Translations under genes and position numbers: made by a program
Shown here: piece after piece, positions 30,607-43,600 of the stretch
Numbering within the stretch: the first letter of the stretch is position 1
Layout: every line of letters starts with the position of its first letter
DNA from: Macrostomum lignano
Taxonomy: Eukaryota
Length of the DNA: 64,000 nucleotides
Assembly (NCBI GenBank): GCA_002269645.1
Contig: NIVC01000933.1
Span: 62,001 to 126,000, forward strand
Direction of reading: 5' to 3'
The notes under the pieces: model-generated
What the model saw: only the letters and a program-made list of their open reading frames with translations
The model's database searches: none
Told to the model about the DNA's origin: nothing

Positions 30607-31298
30607 ATGAGCACTTTAATCAATCATGCATTGTTGCCCTGCGAGCCAACTTCTGTAATGCGATATTCAAAAATCATCATGTCTACAGCTACAGATACAA
30701 GCTTTAAAAACGTTACCATAGCAACCAGTGATCAAGTTTTAAGCGAAGTAACAGCGAATCTATTCATAGCGTGGCTAAGCGTAGCCATGGCGATTGGCGT
30801 CGTTAGCAACCTGATAGTCTTAGCAACGATTCTGGCCTCCAAGAGCTCGTCGATTCGCACTGCCAGTGGATTTGCATTCGTGGCAAGCCAGGCCATTGTG
30901 GACCTGCTGGTGCTGGTCATTGCTGCTCCCGAGATGGCAGTCTGCTTGTCGCGCGACTGTCTCGTCGAGCTGGGAGGCGGCGCTGGAATGTCAGGTTGCC
31001 AGGCTCTGGGATTCGCTGTGATGCAGCTGCTGGAGTGCAGCCTGTGCGGCACCGCTCTGCAGGCTGTCAGTCGCTACCTGCTGATTGCTGGCAGCGCTGG
31101 CGGCGGGCAGCGGACGTTCCTGAAAGTGTTCGGCAGTCGTCGGGCTCTGGCTGGTTGGCTGGCCGCGGTCTGGTTGCTGCCGGCTGGGCTTGCAGCGCCT
31201 CCCCTGCTGGGATTCGGGAGGTTCGATCTGCTTTGTGTCCTGTTTGTGTGGGGAGTTCTTAGCTGAACTACTGATGGGGAATCGCGTTGAGGGATAGC

Positions 31299-31373
<75 letters not shown>

Positions 31374-32381
31374 GAGACAGAGAGAGAGGTAAGGATAGTG
31401 GTAGGTGACGGACAGAGGTAGACAAGGATAGAGAGAGGTTGCGATAGTGGTAGGTGACAGAGATAGAGAAGGACAGAGAGAGGTTGGGATAGTGGTAGTG
31501 ATGGAGGTAGACAAGGATAGAGAGAGAGAGGTAGGGATATTGGTAGGTGACGAACGGAGGTAGACAGGGATAGAGAGAGAGGTAGGGATAATGATAACTG
31601 ATGGAGGTAGACAAGGATAGCGAGAGGTAGGTAGCTTGGATATTGGTAGTTGGTAGGTGACGGAGGTAGACAAGAATAGAGAGAGAGGTAGGGATAGTGG
31701 TAGGTGACGGAGGTAGACAAGGATAGAGAGAGAGGTAGGGATAGTGGTAGGTGACGGAAGTAAACAAGGATAGAGAGAGAAAGGTAGGGATAGTGAGTTG
31801 ACAGAGGTAGACAAGGATAGAGAGAGACGTAGAGATGTGGAGAGGCAGAGAATCGATAGAAAGAGAAGACCACGGTGAAGCAACTCCAGTAAAGAATATC
31901 TAACAAGCAGAACGCCGAAAATTCATACAGGTACGCGTACAACTCAGCATTCGGCACCTGCTTGTTCGCCTGGGCAGACAAACTGAGCTACTATTACGTA
32001 CTGGTATTCGGCTGTCTGGCCGTCGGTTTGCCCTCAATCGCGACTTCCCTCGGTAGCTATGTGGGGATTTTCCTCACGTTCCATCGGTCCAGAATGAGAT
32101 CGATGGAAACTGGAAATAATGCTTCATCAAACGAATCCAGTCGTCTAGCCCGCAGTCTGTTCGTCACCTGGTGCTGCTTTCCAATTCTGTGGGGTCCGGT
32201 GATTCTGGTCACCCTGATTGGCGGTCTGGGGCAGCCTGCTGTACCTGTGCCTGTTACCCGAGCTCTGTTTCTCATGGCCCTCAGCAACAGCGCCGCTAAT
32301 CCGGCTATTCTGCTGGCGATGAACAGCAGACTGAGAGACGAATTCTTAGCGCTGATCGGCCGGTCAGGGACTGCACGATGA
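30607..32381 (+). CDS. Orphan rhodopsin-like (class A) GPCR, loosely melatonin-receptor-like
   Basis: Exons 30607 (or ATG at 30679)..31220 and 31931..32381; phase-2 intron AG|GTTCGA...TACAG|G. Seven hydrophobic segments: TM1 GVVSNLIV, TM2 AIVDLL, TM3 C...SRY, TM4 W, ECL2 Cys, TM6 CCFPILWGP, TM7 SNSAANPAIL. Confidence 0.85.
31297..31830. repeat. (GA)n run followed by a degenerate ~47-bp purine-rich repeat
   Basis: Direct reading; inside the GPCR intron. Confidence 0.88.
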
Positions 32382-32547
32382 GCTATCTATTTATGATCTG
32401 TCCGTGATCTAAATTACAACGCTAGACGGAGACTGAGAGGGTAGAAAGAGAGAGAGGGAGAGAGGAAGATACTAGAGACAAAACAGATGCACAAGAGATG
32501 GGAGAGACTGGAGAGAAACAACAAAGAAATCTACGAGTGTCAGACTC

Positions 32548-33690
32548 TAAAGAGAGGCAAATTTGAGTAGAGACACAGTGAGATTTGAGTAGAGACACAG
32601 TGAGATTTGAGTAGAGACACAGTGAGATTTGAGTAGAGACACAGTGAGATTTGAGTAGAGACACAGTGAGACTTGAGTAGAGACACAGTGAGACTTGAGT
32701 AGAGAGACAGTGAGATTTGAGTAGAGACACAGTGAGATTTGAGTAGACAGTGAGACTTGAGTAGAGACACAGTGAGATTTGAGTAGAGACACAGTGAGAC
32801 TTGAGTAGAGACACAGTGAGACTTGAGTAGAGAGACAGTGAGATTTGAGTAGAGACACAGTGAGATTTGAGTAGACAGTGAGACTTGAGTAGAGACACAG
32901 TGAGATTTGAGTAGAGACACAGTGAGACTTGAGTAGAGACACAGTGAGACTTGAGTAGAGAGACAGTGGATTTGAGTAGAGACACAGTGAGATTTGAGTA
33001 GACAGTGAGATTTGAGTAGAGACACAGTGAGATTTGAGTAGAGATACAGTGAGATTTGAGTAGACAGTGAGATTTGAGTAGACAGTGAGATTTGAGTAGA
33101 GACACAGTGAGATTTGAGTAGAGACACAGTGAGATTTGAGTAGACAGTGAGATTTGAGTAGAGACACAGTGAGATTTGAGTAGAGATACAGTGAGATTTG
33201 AGTAGACAGTGAGATTTGAGTAGAGACACAGTGAGATTTGAGTAGAGACACAGTGAGACTTGAGTAGAGACACAGTGAGACTTGAGTAGAGAGACAGTGG
33301 ATTTGAGTAGAGACACAGTGAGATTTGAGTAGACAGTGAGATTTGAGTAGAGACACAGTGAGATTTGAGTAGAGATACAGTGAGATTTGAGTAGACAGTG
33401 AGATTTGAGTAGAGACACAGTGAGATTTGAGTAGACAGTGAGATTTGAGTAGAGACACAGTGAGATTTGAGTAGACAGTGAGATTTGAGTAGAGACACAG
33501 TGAGATTTGAGTAGACAGTGAGATTTGAGTAGAGACACAGTGAGATTTGAGTAGAGACACAGTGAGACTTGAGTAGAGACACAGTGAGACTTGAGTAGAG
33601 ACACAGTGAGACTTGAGTAGAGACACAGTGAGACTTGAGTAGAGACTGCAGTGAGATTTGACTACAAAGTGAGATTTGAGTAAAGAAACA
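32548..33690. repeat. 22/18-bp minisatellite (GAGTAGAGACACAGTGAGATTT and a shorter variant)
   Basis: Direct reading. Confidence 0.96.
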
Positions 33691-34171
33691 GTTAGAGTTG
33701 TCACAGACGCATAGAGAGAAGCTTAAAAGGTTGCATTACCATATTTGAAAGAGCAGGTAAATTTGGGCTAACAATTTTGCGAGCGACACAACTTGTGTCA
33801 GACACACGAGCTAGGCTGGGTGAGGAATGATGGAAAAAGGAGTACGTGAGGCTGTATGGACTTAACGCTGCTCTTCATCTACACACAGACACATACACAC
33901 ACCATTGTTTGCAAATCAACATTTTTTAATCTTTTTCACAACAAAAAACGGTTAAAATGTGCATCTAAGCTACTGAACTTTGACCAATGTGAGTAGGAAC
34001 TTCCGTTTATTTTCGGCACTAATATGAAGCGTCAAGAGCAGTTGCATTCTAGCAATTGTGTCATGTCCTTTTGATGAAATTTGCTTGAATTGAGTAACTT
34101 TGTGGGATGTCTCGCTGTACGATCGGAACGTACAATAACAGAAGGTAAGAAATTCTCATTGAGGACTTCTA

Positions 34172-34956
34172 CACCTTTTTACCTTCTATTTTTAAAATCT
34201 GCACTCAATATTGACATTTTTGCATTCAATTTTGACAGTCTGTGGCATCGATGATCAGTTTGCCAAGTTGTATTACGTTCTGTATGGCAGGTCCGCGATT
34301 CAACGCCAAAGTTAGCGACGACGACAGGAAGCCGGTTAACCCAGTAATTAACCGGTTAATATTACTGCCCATGAGAATGGTGGTGAATTTTTTCACCTGG
34401 CTCGTACCTTGTGGATCAAAAGAACCACAGCGTATGCCGTTGTTAGGAGTGGACGAGTAGAAAAGCTGCCAAATGGAAATCAGACGTTCGATCAGCTCGT
34501 TCAGATCAGATTCAATCAGGACATGCTGGCGTTCATGAAGAACTCGATTGAGACAAATCCCAATATTGCTCTGGCAAGGACCTGGGATCAGCGAACACTC
34601 GCCGGGGCGATTGGCCAGGATCTGAGCTATAGTTGCCACTTTTGGATGCACTCAGTCAAAAATGGATGCACATGCAAGTTTTGTTCCATAGACGGCGAGA
34701 CAAAGGCACTATTTTGTAACCCAGTGTCAAAATTGAATGCACTTTGTCAAAATTGGTTGTTTAATTGTTTAATAATTGTAAAATTGTTTAATAAAGGTTG
34801 GAGCTCGTCATTTTCGGTTGAAATTTGTCACTATTGCATTTGGGTTTGTCAAAATAGGTTGAACATTTCTACAAGCGATGGCACAGACTGTCAAAATTGA
34901 ATGCCAAGATGTCAATATTGAGTGCAGATTTAAAAAAAAATAGAAGGTAAAAGGTG
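34172..34956 (+). mobile_element. Internally deleted Tc1/IS630-type element carrying an N-terminal transposase fragment
   Basis: ~80-bp TIRs (CACCTTTT(T)ACCTTCTATTTTT...GACAGTCTGTGGCATCG) with TA flanks at 34170-34171 and 34957-34958. Internal peptides KVSDDDR and RTTAYAVVRSGRVEKLP...DMLAFMKNSIETNPNI resemble HTH regions of IS630/Tc1 transposases (family assignment is inference). Confidence 0.78.
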
Positions 34957-36214
34957 TAGTGGTGCTTGCAGGTCGTGGTGACAGCAGTCCGCATCTGACT
35001 CAGTTTTGATGCCTTATTAGCCAGACAAGGACGCTGCTCTGGGTTTTCTTAGAAATGAGCTGTCGTATCACATTTAGTATGCTGACTAGCCATTTAGCCC
35101 CCCCCCCCGGGTCAAGAAAAATTCTGGAGATCATGAGAAATGCACCGCTTACGAAATTTGAAATTAGAATACGAAAAATTCTCGACATTTGCGCACTGAC
35201 CCTTGAAATCATTATTCATGCAGTGCAATAAATAACACATAGAACGTTTAACAAAAGACTCACTAGTAGAGCCAGTAGAGGACGCACATCTATAATGCGA
35301 TATTTCTGATGCGCGTTCCTTTCGAAGAAGTCCAGTTGTCCTTTGAAGAGGTCCAGTTACTGAAATACAAATCAAGCCTCGTAGCGCCCTGTACGAAGCG
35401 TGATTTACAAGCTTAAATAACCGGCGTTACGTTCGTTACTACGAGTATAAGCAGAACGGAACGATCAATTGACGGAGGTGGCCTCTCTTGTCCTATCGAA
35501 TAAAATTCAGTAAAAAGGCTGCTCAAACCGTCAAACTCGAGAAAATGGAGCAAATTTGCCTTTTTTCAGCTGTCTCTATAATACGAGCCAGATTTTTCTT
35601 GTCTCAAAATTGTCTGCGTTAAAAATTCTTCGTGTTACGAACTTTATTGCATCATTAGACGCCGGAATTGTACATGGGATTATCGAATTTTTTACTCGGC
35701 ATCAAAATTTTTAGGAGGCTCTTTGTTCTAAACTGCAATTGTTTTGCATGTGTTTTTCAAAAAGTTAAGACTACATAAACTCATAAGACATCATTGCCAA
35801 TTGCCTGCGACAAAGTCGGTGCATGATTAATTCAGGACATTGTCGCGTCCTTAATTTGTTAATTTATTGGTCAAAGTCGAACAGAGGTTGCCTCGATACT
35901 CAATAGTGCAAGCAAAAAGTGCAAGCAGCTCTTTAGTTTCCGACTCTATTGGTTTGCTCAAAGACAGATCTAAGCTGGTATTGGTTTGAACTCTTGGAAT
36001 TGGGATAGGCGCTGGGAACACAAAATATTCTTGGGACTCTGTGATATTTTTTTTGACTCGATTTGACTTGAAGCGCTGCAGAACCAACAAAAATTCTGGA
36101 CAAAAAACTTTACTGAGAATTGGATAAAACACTTTGCAAAGTCTAGACAACTGCAGCGATTCTGGGACTTGTTAATTCGATACGTGAGTCCAGTATTGCG
36201 TTCGAGTGAGCTGC

Positions 36215-38848
36215 TCAAAACTCGATGAAGTCCTCCGGCTGGTCAGCGTAGAACTCGTTGGCCTCGTCCTCGAATCCGGGCATGTCGATCCCGCTGGCGG
36301 CTCGCTCGCCGTTCAAAAGCATCTGGTTCATCATGCGGTCCATGCGGTCCATCTCGCGGTTCATCTCGCGGAACACTCGTTCTGTGCCGGGCACGGTAGC
36401 AGAGGCGGCCATCACGCTAGACGGGGCCAGGTCCCACAGCTCACCGCTGGTGTAGCACATCCTGCTGCCGTCCTTGCCGACGTCGTCAGCTCGAATCCAG
36501 TACATCATGTAGAAGTTGCACATCTCGTCCTTCTGGGTAGCGCCGATGCTCACGTCCTTGTCGCCGGTGTTCTCCATGACGCACTTGGCCGCCAGCATGT
36601 CGCCAGGCCTGATGACGCCGCTGCCGTTCACCGGGTAGAACATTTGGGGCATCTGCGGATTGGCCGAACCGATGAGGCTCCAGTGGCCGTCGCGGACGCG
36701 GTAGCCGCTCACCACGCGACCGTGACTGTGCGTGTGCGTGCGGAAAGCGAACGGGTGCAGTGTGGTCTGGCCGTCGTAACTGCAGCTCGTCTCCATGTGC
36801 GTCACCGAGTGCGCCGGGATGACACCGTCAGTTAGTGAGATGTGTACACCGCCGAGTTTCGGCGACGGAGTTGTCTGGTAGGTCATTTTCACGCCGGAGT
36901 TGTCCTTCAGGCTGGGGTTCTTGACGAAATCGGAGGCCTGCGTTTGGGGATAGGTTGATTTTTTCTCATACTTGATGTCTCTCTTATCTCTGAATAGTGT
37001 TCCTCCATGATCTTTGATGCGTCCCTCTACAATCCTTGATGCGTCCCTCTACGATCTTTGATGTGTCCTTCTACGATCCTTGATGCGTCCCTCTACGATC
37101 TTTGATGTGTCCTTTTACAATCCTTGATGCGTCCCTCTACGATCTTTGATGTGTCCTTCTACAATCCTTGATGCGTCCCTCTACGATCTTTGATGTGTCC
37201 TTCTACGATCTTGGATGTGTCCTTCTACGATCTTGGATGTGTCCCTCTACATCTTTGATGCGTCCCTCTACGATCATTGATGTGTCCCTCTACGATATTT
37301 GATGTGTCCTTCTACAATCCTTGATGCGTCCCTCTACGATCTTGGATGTGTCCCTTCTACGATCTTTGATGTGTCCCTCTACGATCTTGAATGTGTCCCT
37401 TCTACGATATTTGATGAGTCCCTCTACAATCCTTGATGCGTCCCTCTACGATCTTTGATGTGTCCCTCTAAGATATTTGTTGTGTCCCTCTACGATCTTT
37501 GATGTGTCCCTCTACGATCTTTGATGTGTCCCTCTACGATCTTGAGGTGTCCCTCTACGATCTTTGATGTGGCCCTCTACGATCTTGATGTGTCCCTCTA
37601 CGATCTTGATGTGTCCCTCTACGATCTTGATGTGTCCCTCTACGATCTTGATGTGTCCCCCTACGATCTTTGATGTGTCCCTCTACGATCTTGGATGTGT
37701 CCCTCTACGATCTTTGATGTGTCCCTCTACGATCTTGAATGTGTCCCTTCTACGATATTTAATGAGTCCCTCTACAATCCTTGATGCGTCCCTCTACGAT
37801 ATTTGATGTGTCCCTCTACGATCTTTGATGTGTCCCTCTACGATCTTTGATGTGTCCCTCTACGATCTTAATGTGTTTCTCTACGATCTTGGATGTGTCC
37901 CTCTACGATCTTTGATGTGTCCATCTACGATCTTGATGCGTCCCTCTACGATCTTTGATGTGTCCCTCTACGATCTTTGATGTGTCCCTCTACGATATTT
38001 GTTGTGTCCCTCTACGATCTTGATGTGTCCCTCTACGATCTTTGATGTGGCCCTCTACGATCTTGATGTGTCCCTCTACGATCTTGATGTGTCCCTCTAC
38101 GATCTTGATGTGTCCCTCTACGATCTTTGATGTGTCCCTCTACGATCTTGATGTGTCCCTCTACGATCTTGATGCGTCCCTCTACGATCTTTGATGTGTC
38201 CCTCTACGATCTTGGATGTGTCCCTCTACATCTTTGATGCGTCCCTCTACGATCTTGATAAGTTTCTTTACTCAGATTTTAATCTTTTCTCTTTGATGTG
38301 TGTCTTAACGATCTTCGACATTTGCTTTCTAACGTCGAATAACATTTCAAAAGACTCACCTTCTTATAGTGCACCTGCACGACTAGCCAGGGCAGGTCGA
38401 AGCCGGGCCCAACGCCAAAAGTCACACCGTCGGGCAGCTGCAGAGCTGGAGCGTCCATGGCGTAGGCGTAGATGATGCGGGTGTCGCTGGCGCACTGAGG
38501 CGCCTGCTTGTAGGTTTTACCGCCGGTAGCTCCCTCCGACTTGGTGAGCATCTCGCCGCAGCTCCAGACTTTCTCGGTGGCCGAGCCGGGCTCCTTGCAG
38601 GCGGTCAGGATGATGTGGTGAGCGTGTCCGGACTGATGCTGCGGATTGAAGGCCCGGATGTAGCGGTTCTTGTCCAGTTTCACAGCCGTGCACAGGTAGG
38701 TGTCCTCCTGCTTGGGCGACACGCCCGGCATCAGAAGGTCCATGACGCTGCTGTCGCTGGCGGCCGGTGCCGAAGCCACCGAGGTCAGCACCAGCGGCAT
38801 CGCCAGCAGCGAGCACACGGCCGCAATGTTCACTAGTAGAGGCGTCAT
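36215..38848 (-). CDS. PHM: Peptidylglycine alpha-hydroxylating monooxygenase (monofunctional PHM), 403 aa
   Basis: Exons 38360..38848 and 36215..36937 (phase 0). Signal peptide; DTYLC; CuH ligands AHH and VHY; CuM ligands RTHTH and DEMCNFY. Stop follows the catalytic core; no PAL domain. Confidence 0.95.
37010..38258. repeat. 22-23-bp minisatellite (TTGATGTGTCCCTCTACGATCT)
   Basis: Direct reading; fills most of the PHM intron 36938..38359. Confidence 0.96.
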
Positions 38849-40656
38849 GCGCAAGGTAATTGGCCTCTGTAATATGTTGGGCCGTGTGTGTAATGTTAGA
38901 TAAGTGCTGCAATATATAGAGTTTTATACAGCCGTATTTATCTTCAACTGTAGCGTCTTATCAGCTGACTCCATAGACAGATAGAAATGTAGATTCCTAC
39001 ATGCGCTCGCGAGATTAAAAGCTTACCTTCTAAAAACTTTATGTTCAAGTTCCGACTTCAGCAGTAGGAAACAATCGGAGCGGTAGGTGCGCGCTGTGCT
39101 CTCAAGCAGAAACCTGTACAGTCGGTTTCAGCTGAAAAATTTCGGAATAGAATTAAGCAGCGGATAAGCGAAGGGAAGGGCAACTCCTGGTGCAGCGGCT
39201 TTTGTGGATTTTGGCGGGGTTGGCTCGGGTGGAGAGGATGCTTGCACAGCGTATGCCTCTTCGACAGTGAGGAGCTCCCAGTATTGAGAGAGGGGGGAGA
39301 AGCACTGAGTGAGCTCCTTCTCCTTTGCCTCCTGCATCCCAGTCCAGCTTCCCAAATCTCTCTCCGGCCTCAGATCGATAAATTTCTCTTATCTCGGGAT
39401 GTGGGGGGGGGGGGAGAAGGGAGGAGCCGCGACTGCAGGGACTTCCGCCGACGGCGGGAGGGCAGGGACGGGGGGCGATTGACACGAACGGCCTTAGTAG
39501 CATGGGAGAACTTCGCCCGATCGGGATGGGATGGGAAGACTTGGGGATTGAGGATGAGAATGGAATGAGGAAGGCTGTTCTCCTCTCGGCTCTCTCTTTC
39601 TCTCTGCCCCTCCTCTGCGTCCCTGGGGAGCAGTTGCCACGCCAACCTTTCGGCCTCATCTCCCACAGCCTCCTCTCCTTCATCACCTAACTCTCGCCCC
39701 GTCCCGAGTGCTCCGCTCTCTCTCTCCCCCCACTCTTCCCGTGTCTCTCATCTCAGCCCAAATATGGAGAACAAAAAATGGAAAGTAATGTAACAGGAGA
39801 GGCATGGCGGGGTTCCGCCCAAAAATCTACCTAGCAACCATATAGATAATTTGCGAGGCAAGCAACGAGGATTAGAGACGAGTCGTATTTGATGTGCTCT
39901 CGGTTCTCTAGCACACGCTCATGGACTTCTAAGCCTAGAGCTTGGAGAGGAAATCTAGTATTCAAAATCATGTATTCAAGAATATTTGTTAGTCAAGACA
40001 GAAAATCAATAAGAATGAAGCCAGAAAAAAGCCCAAGGAGTTTGAAAGTTCTAGGAATCTGGCGATGCTCTAGTCTAACTATCATGGTGTACTAAAATTA
40101 GACTCTGGAAAGGGTTCTCTTCATATTTCTATTCCGAAATGCTACCCGAAAAGACCCCGATCCCGAATCATAGAATTTCTTGACCTGGAGTTGTCCAGCG
40201 CAAAGAATTAGCTTTTGAAAACCCTCTTTGAAAGGTTCTAAAGATGAAACCAGCTAATTACAACTATATAAGTTGGCTAAGCGGGACACAGAAAAATGAA
40301 ATAAAATGAATATGATTTATGATTTTGTAGAAAAAAATCTTTGAAGAAGTAATAAGTTTCGTAGAAAAAATTAAACAAAAAACAATACAAAATTATAAGT
40401 GAACAAAGGATGTAGGCAACATCGCAACAATAATATCACAGTAATATCACAAAAAATAGAAAATAAAACTCGATAAATTTTTCTACAGTTGCTACTTACA
40501 GTAAGCAGAATGAATATCTTTAATACCAACAAGAACGCAAAAAAGTGCTGCATAGGTATTCAACTCACCAAAATCGCATGCCGCAAACTAAAAGTACATT
40601 TTATCACCTTTATTAAAAATATAATCGATCGGTCCAATTTTCTGACCTTAGGAATA

Positions 40657-43600
40657 TTACAGCTCGCTTTCCTGTAACTCAGGTGTTATCTCTTCATACC
40701 CGCCGCCAGCTTGCCTTTCATTTTCGGCTTCGTTTGAAGTTGCCGCCGCAGACGCCGCCGCCAACTCTTGATCGTTTGAAGTTGCCGCCGCAGACGCCGC
40801 CGCCAACTCTTGATCGTTTGAAGTTGCCGCCGCCCGATGCTCCACAAGCCGTTTCGGCGGCAGCGGCGGCGCCCTGAACACTGGCGGCGACTCGCGACCG
40901 ATCACGTTGTTGTAGGTGTCCTCATTGCCGTTTCTAGGCAGCGACTGCACCTGATTTATTATGACAGTATCACTAGTAATCTTAGGTCCCGTTGGCAACA
41001 AATAAAGCTAAAATCTCTTCTATAAAAAAGTTTTTAACGCAAGAAGCCTTGTAAAATCTCCATTGTTGTTTCTTAGAAATTAGAAAAGGCGTCAAGTTGG
41101 CTCGTATCTTGTCTAAGACATCCGCATCTCTATTGAGCCATGGCATCTCAGCAACTCCCCATTGAGCCATGGAATCTCAGCAACTCCCCATTGAGCCATG
41201 GCATCTCAGCAACTCCCCATTGAGCCATGGCATCTCAGCAACTCCCCATTGAGCCAATTGGCAGCTCAGCAACTCCCCATTGAATCAATTGGCATCTCAG
41301 CAACTCCCCATTGAGCCATGGCATCTCAGCAACTCCCCATTGAGCCAATTGGCAGCTCAGCAACTCCCCATTGAGCCAATTGGCAGCTCAGCAACTCCCC
41401 GTTGTGAGCCAATTGGCAGCTCAGCAACTCCCCATTGAGCCATTGAGCCATGGCATCTCAGCAACTCCCCATTGAGCCAATTGGCAGCTCAGCAACTCCC
41501 CATTGAGCCAATTGGCAGCTCAGCAACTCCCCGTTGTGAGCCAATTGGCAGCTCAGCAACTCCCCATTGAGCCATTGAGCCATGGCATCTCAGCAACTCC
41601 CCATTGAGCCAATTGGCAGCTCAGCAACTCCCCATTGAGCCAATTGGCAGCTCAGCAACTCCCCGTTGTGAGCCAATTGGCAGCTCAGCAACTCCCCATT
41701 GAGCCATTGAGCCATGGCATCTCAGCAACTCCCCATTGAGCCATTGAGCCATGGCATCTCAGCAACTCCCCATTGAGCCATTGAGCCATGGCATCTCAGC
41801 AACTCCCCATTGAGTCATTGAGCCATGGCATCTCAGCAACTCCCCATTGAGCCATTGAGCCATGGCATCTCAGCAACTCCCCATTGAGCCATTGAGCCAT
41901 GGCATCTCAGCAACTCCCCATTGAGCCATGGCATCTCAGCAACTCCCCATTGAGCCAATTGGCAGCTCAGCAACTCCCATTGAGCCAATTGGCATCTCAG
42001 CAACTCCCCATTGAGCCATTGAGCCATGGCATCTCAGCAACTCCCCATTGAGCCATTGAGCCATGGCATCTCAGCAACTCCCCATTGAGCCATTGAGCCA
42101 TGGCATCTCAGCAACTCTCCATTGAGCCATTGAGCCATGGCATCTCAGCAACTCCCCATTGAGCCATTGAGCCATGGCATCTCAGCAACTCCCCATTGAG
42201 CCAATTGGCAGCTCAGCAATTAAACCTCGAAGCTCTCACAAGAATTTGGTTACTTGCTCAACTATCTAATTTGTTCTGGGCTAAGTGAGACTCAGTCAAA
42301 TCAAAACACAAACCTTGGCATATTGCGCCTCAGCGTCCTCATACGGACAATCCGCTCCAGAACCGCTGTGCAAGCCGGCAACGGAGTAAGCGTACGAGGC
42401 ATTGTCAATGCTGATCGCTGACGAGTGCCCGGTTCGGGTCGATTGAGTCAGATGGTCAACGCTACGACCCTCGGCGGCTTGGTGACGACGGCTCCTGATC
42501 AACCGGTAAGCAAAGAAGACCACCACGGCAGCAATGGCCAGCAGCAGAGCGGGCACAAGCAGCCCAACCAGCAATCGGTTGTTATTGGCAGCTGACAGTT
42601 CCGCTTCCGTCTGGTAGCGCGAGGTGCAATTGACACCGGACCAGCCCATGGTGCACAGACAGGTGAAACTGCCGTGCAGGTTGCGGCATACCTGACTGCC
42701 GTCGGTTTTGCAGGGTCCGTCTGTACTGGCTGAGCACTCGTCGATGTCCTGCTCACAACGGGGTCCGCGAAATCCTTTTGCGCACTGGCAGGTGAAGTTA
42801 CCTGAGAAAGAAATTGATGCTTGATCTGAATGGCAAGAAGTTTCATCTAAGGTACTTTTTCCGAGACTGTTGCAACACTTTGCAGGTGATTCTGAGGCTA
42901 CATGTTTCATGTTGTTGCATCGACTTGCGGGAGGTTTCTGAGGCTACATGTTTCATGTTGTTGCATCGACTTGCAGGAGGTTTCTGAGGCTACATGTTTC
43001 ATGTTGTTGCATCGACTTGCGGGAGGTTTCTGAGGCTACATGTTTCATGTTGTTGCATCGACTTGCGGGAGGTTTCTGAGGCCACATGTTTCATGTTGTT
43101 GCATCGACTTGCGGGAGGTTTCTGAGGCCACATGTTTCATGTTGTTGCATCGACTTGCGGGAGGTTTCTGAGGCCACATGGTGAATGATTGTTGTACCAT
43201 TCTGAGCCTATATGCTACACTACCTTCGTATGTACATGCATTTAAGATCTAGATTTCATCAGGTTTGCATTAGCCTACCTGGAGGCGAGTTCACACAGGT
43301 GCCACCATTGAAGCAAGCGTTGGTGAGCTTGCATTCGTCAACATCCTCAGTGCAGTTTTTTCCCGTCCATCCAGCCAAGCAGTGGCAGCTGTAGGTGCCG
43401 AACTGGTTGCGACAGGCGCTGGCATGTTGGCAAACTGGCGGCGAGGCCGCGCACTCGTCGATGTCCGACTCGCAGAAGGTGCCGTTGAACCCGGGGGTGC
43501 AGCTGCAACCTCCGGCGCCTGTGCCGGGAATGCAGGTACCGTTGTTGCGACACGGAGTATCTAGCGAGTCGCAGGCTGACAGTTTTGTCTCGCATGTTGG

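Noticed and set aside
35263-35360. AG/GT-bounded orphan exon-like segment on the minus strand
   Set aside because: No partner exons or recognisable peptide could be linked.
39128-40250. GC/purine-rich ORFs and coding-like decay between PHM and the DSL gene
   Set aside because: No domain motif recognised and many stops; may be old TE debris, not callable.
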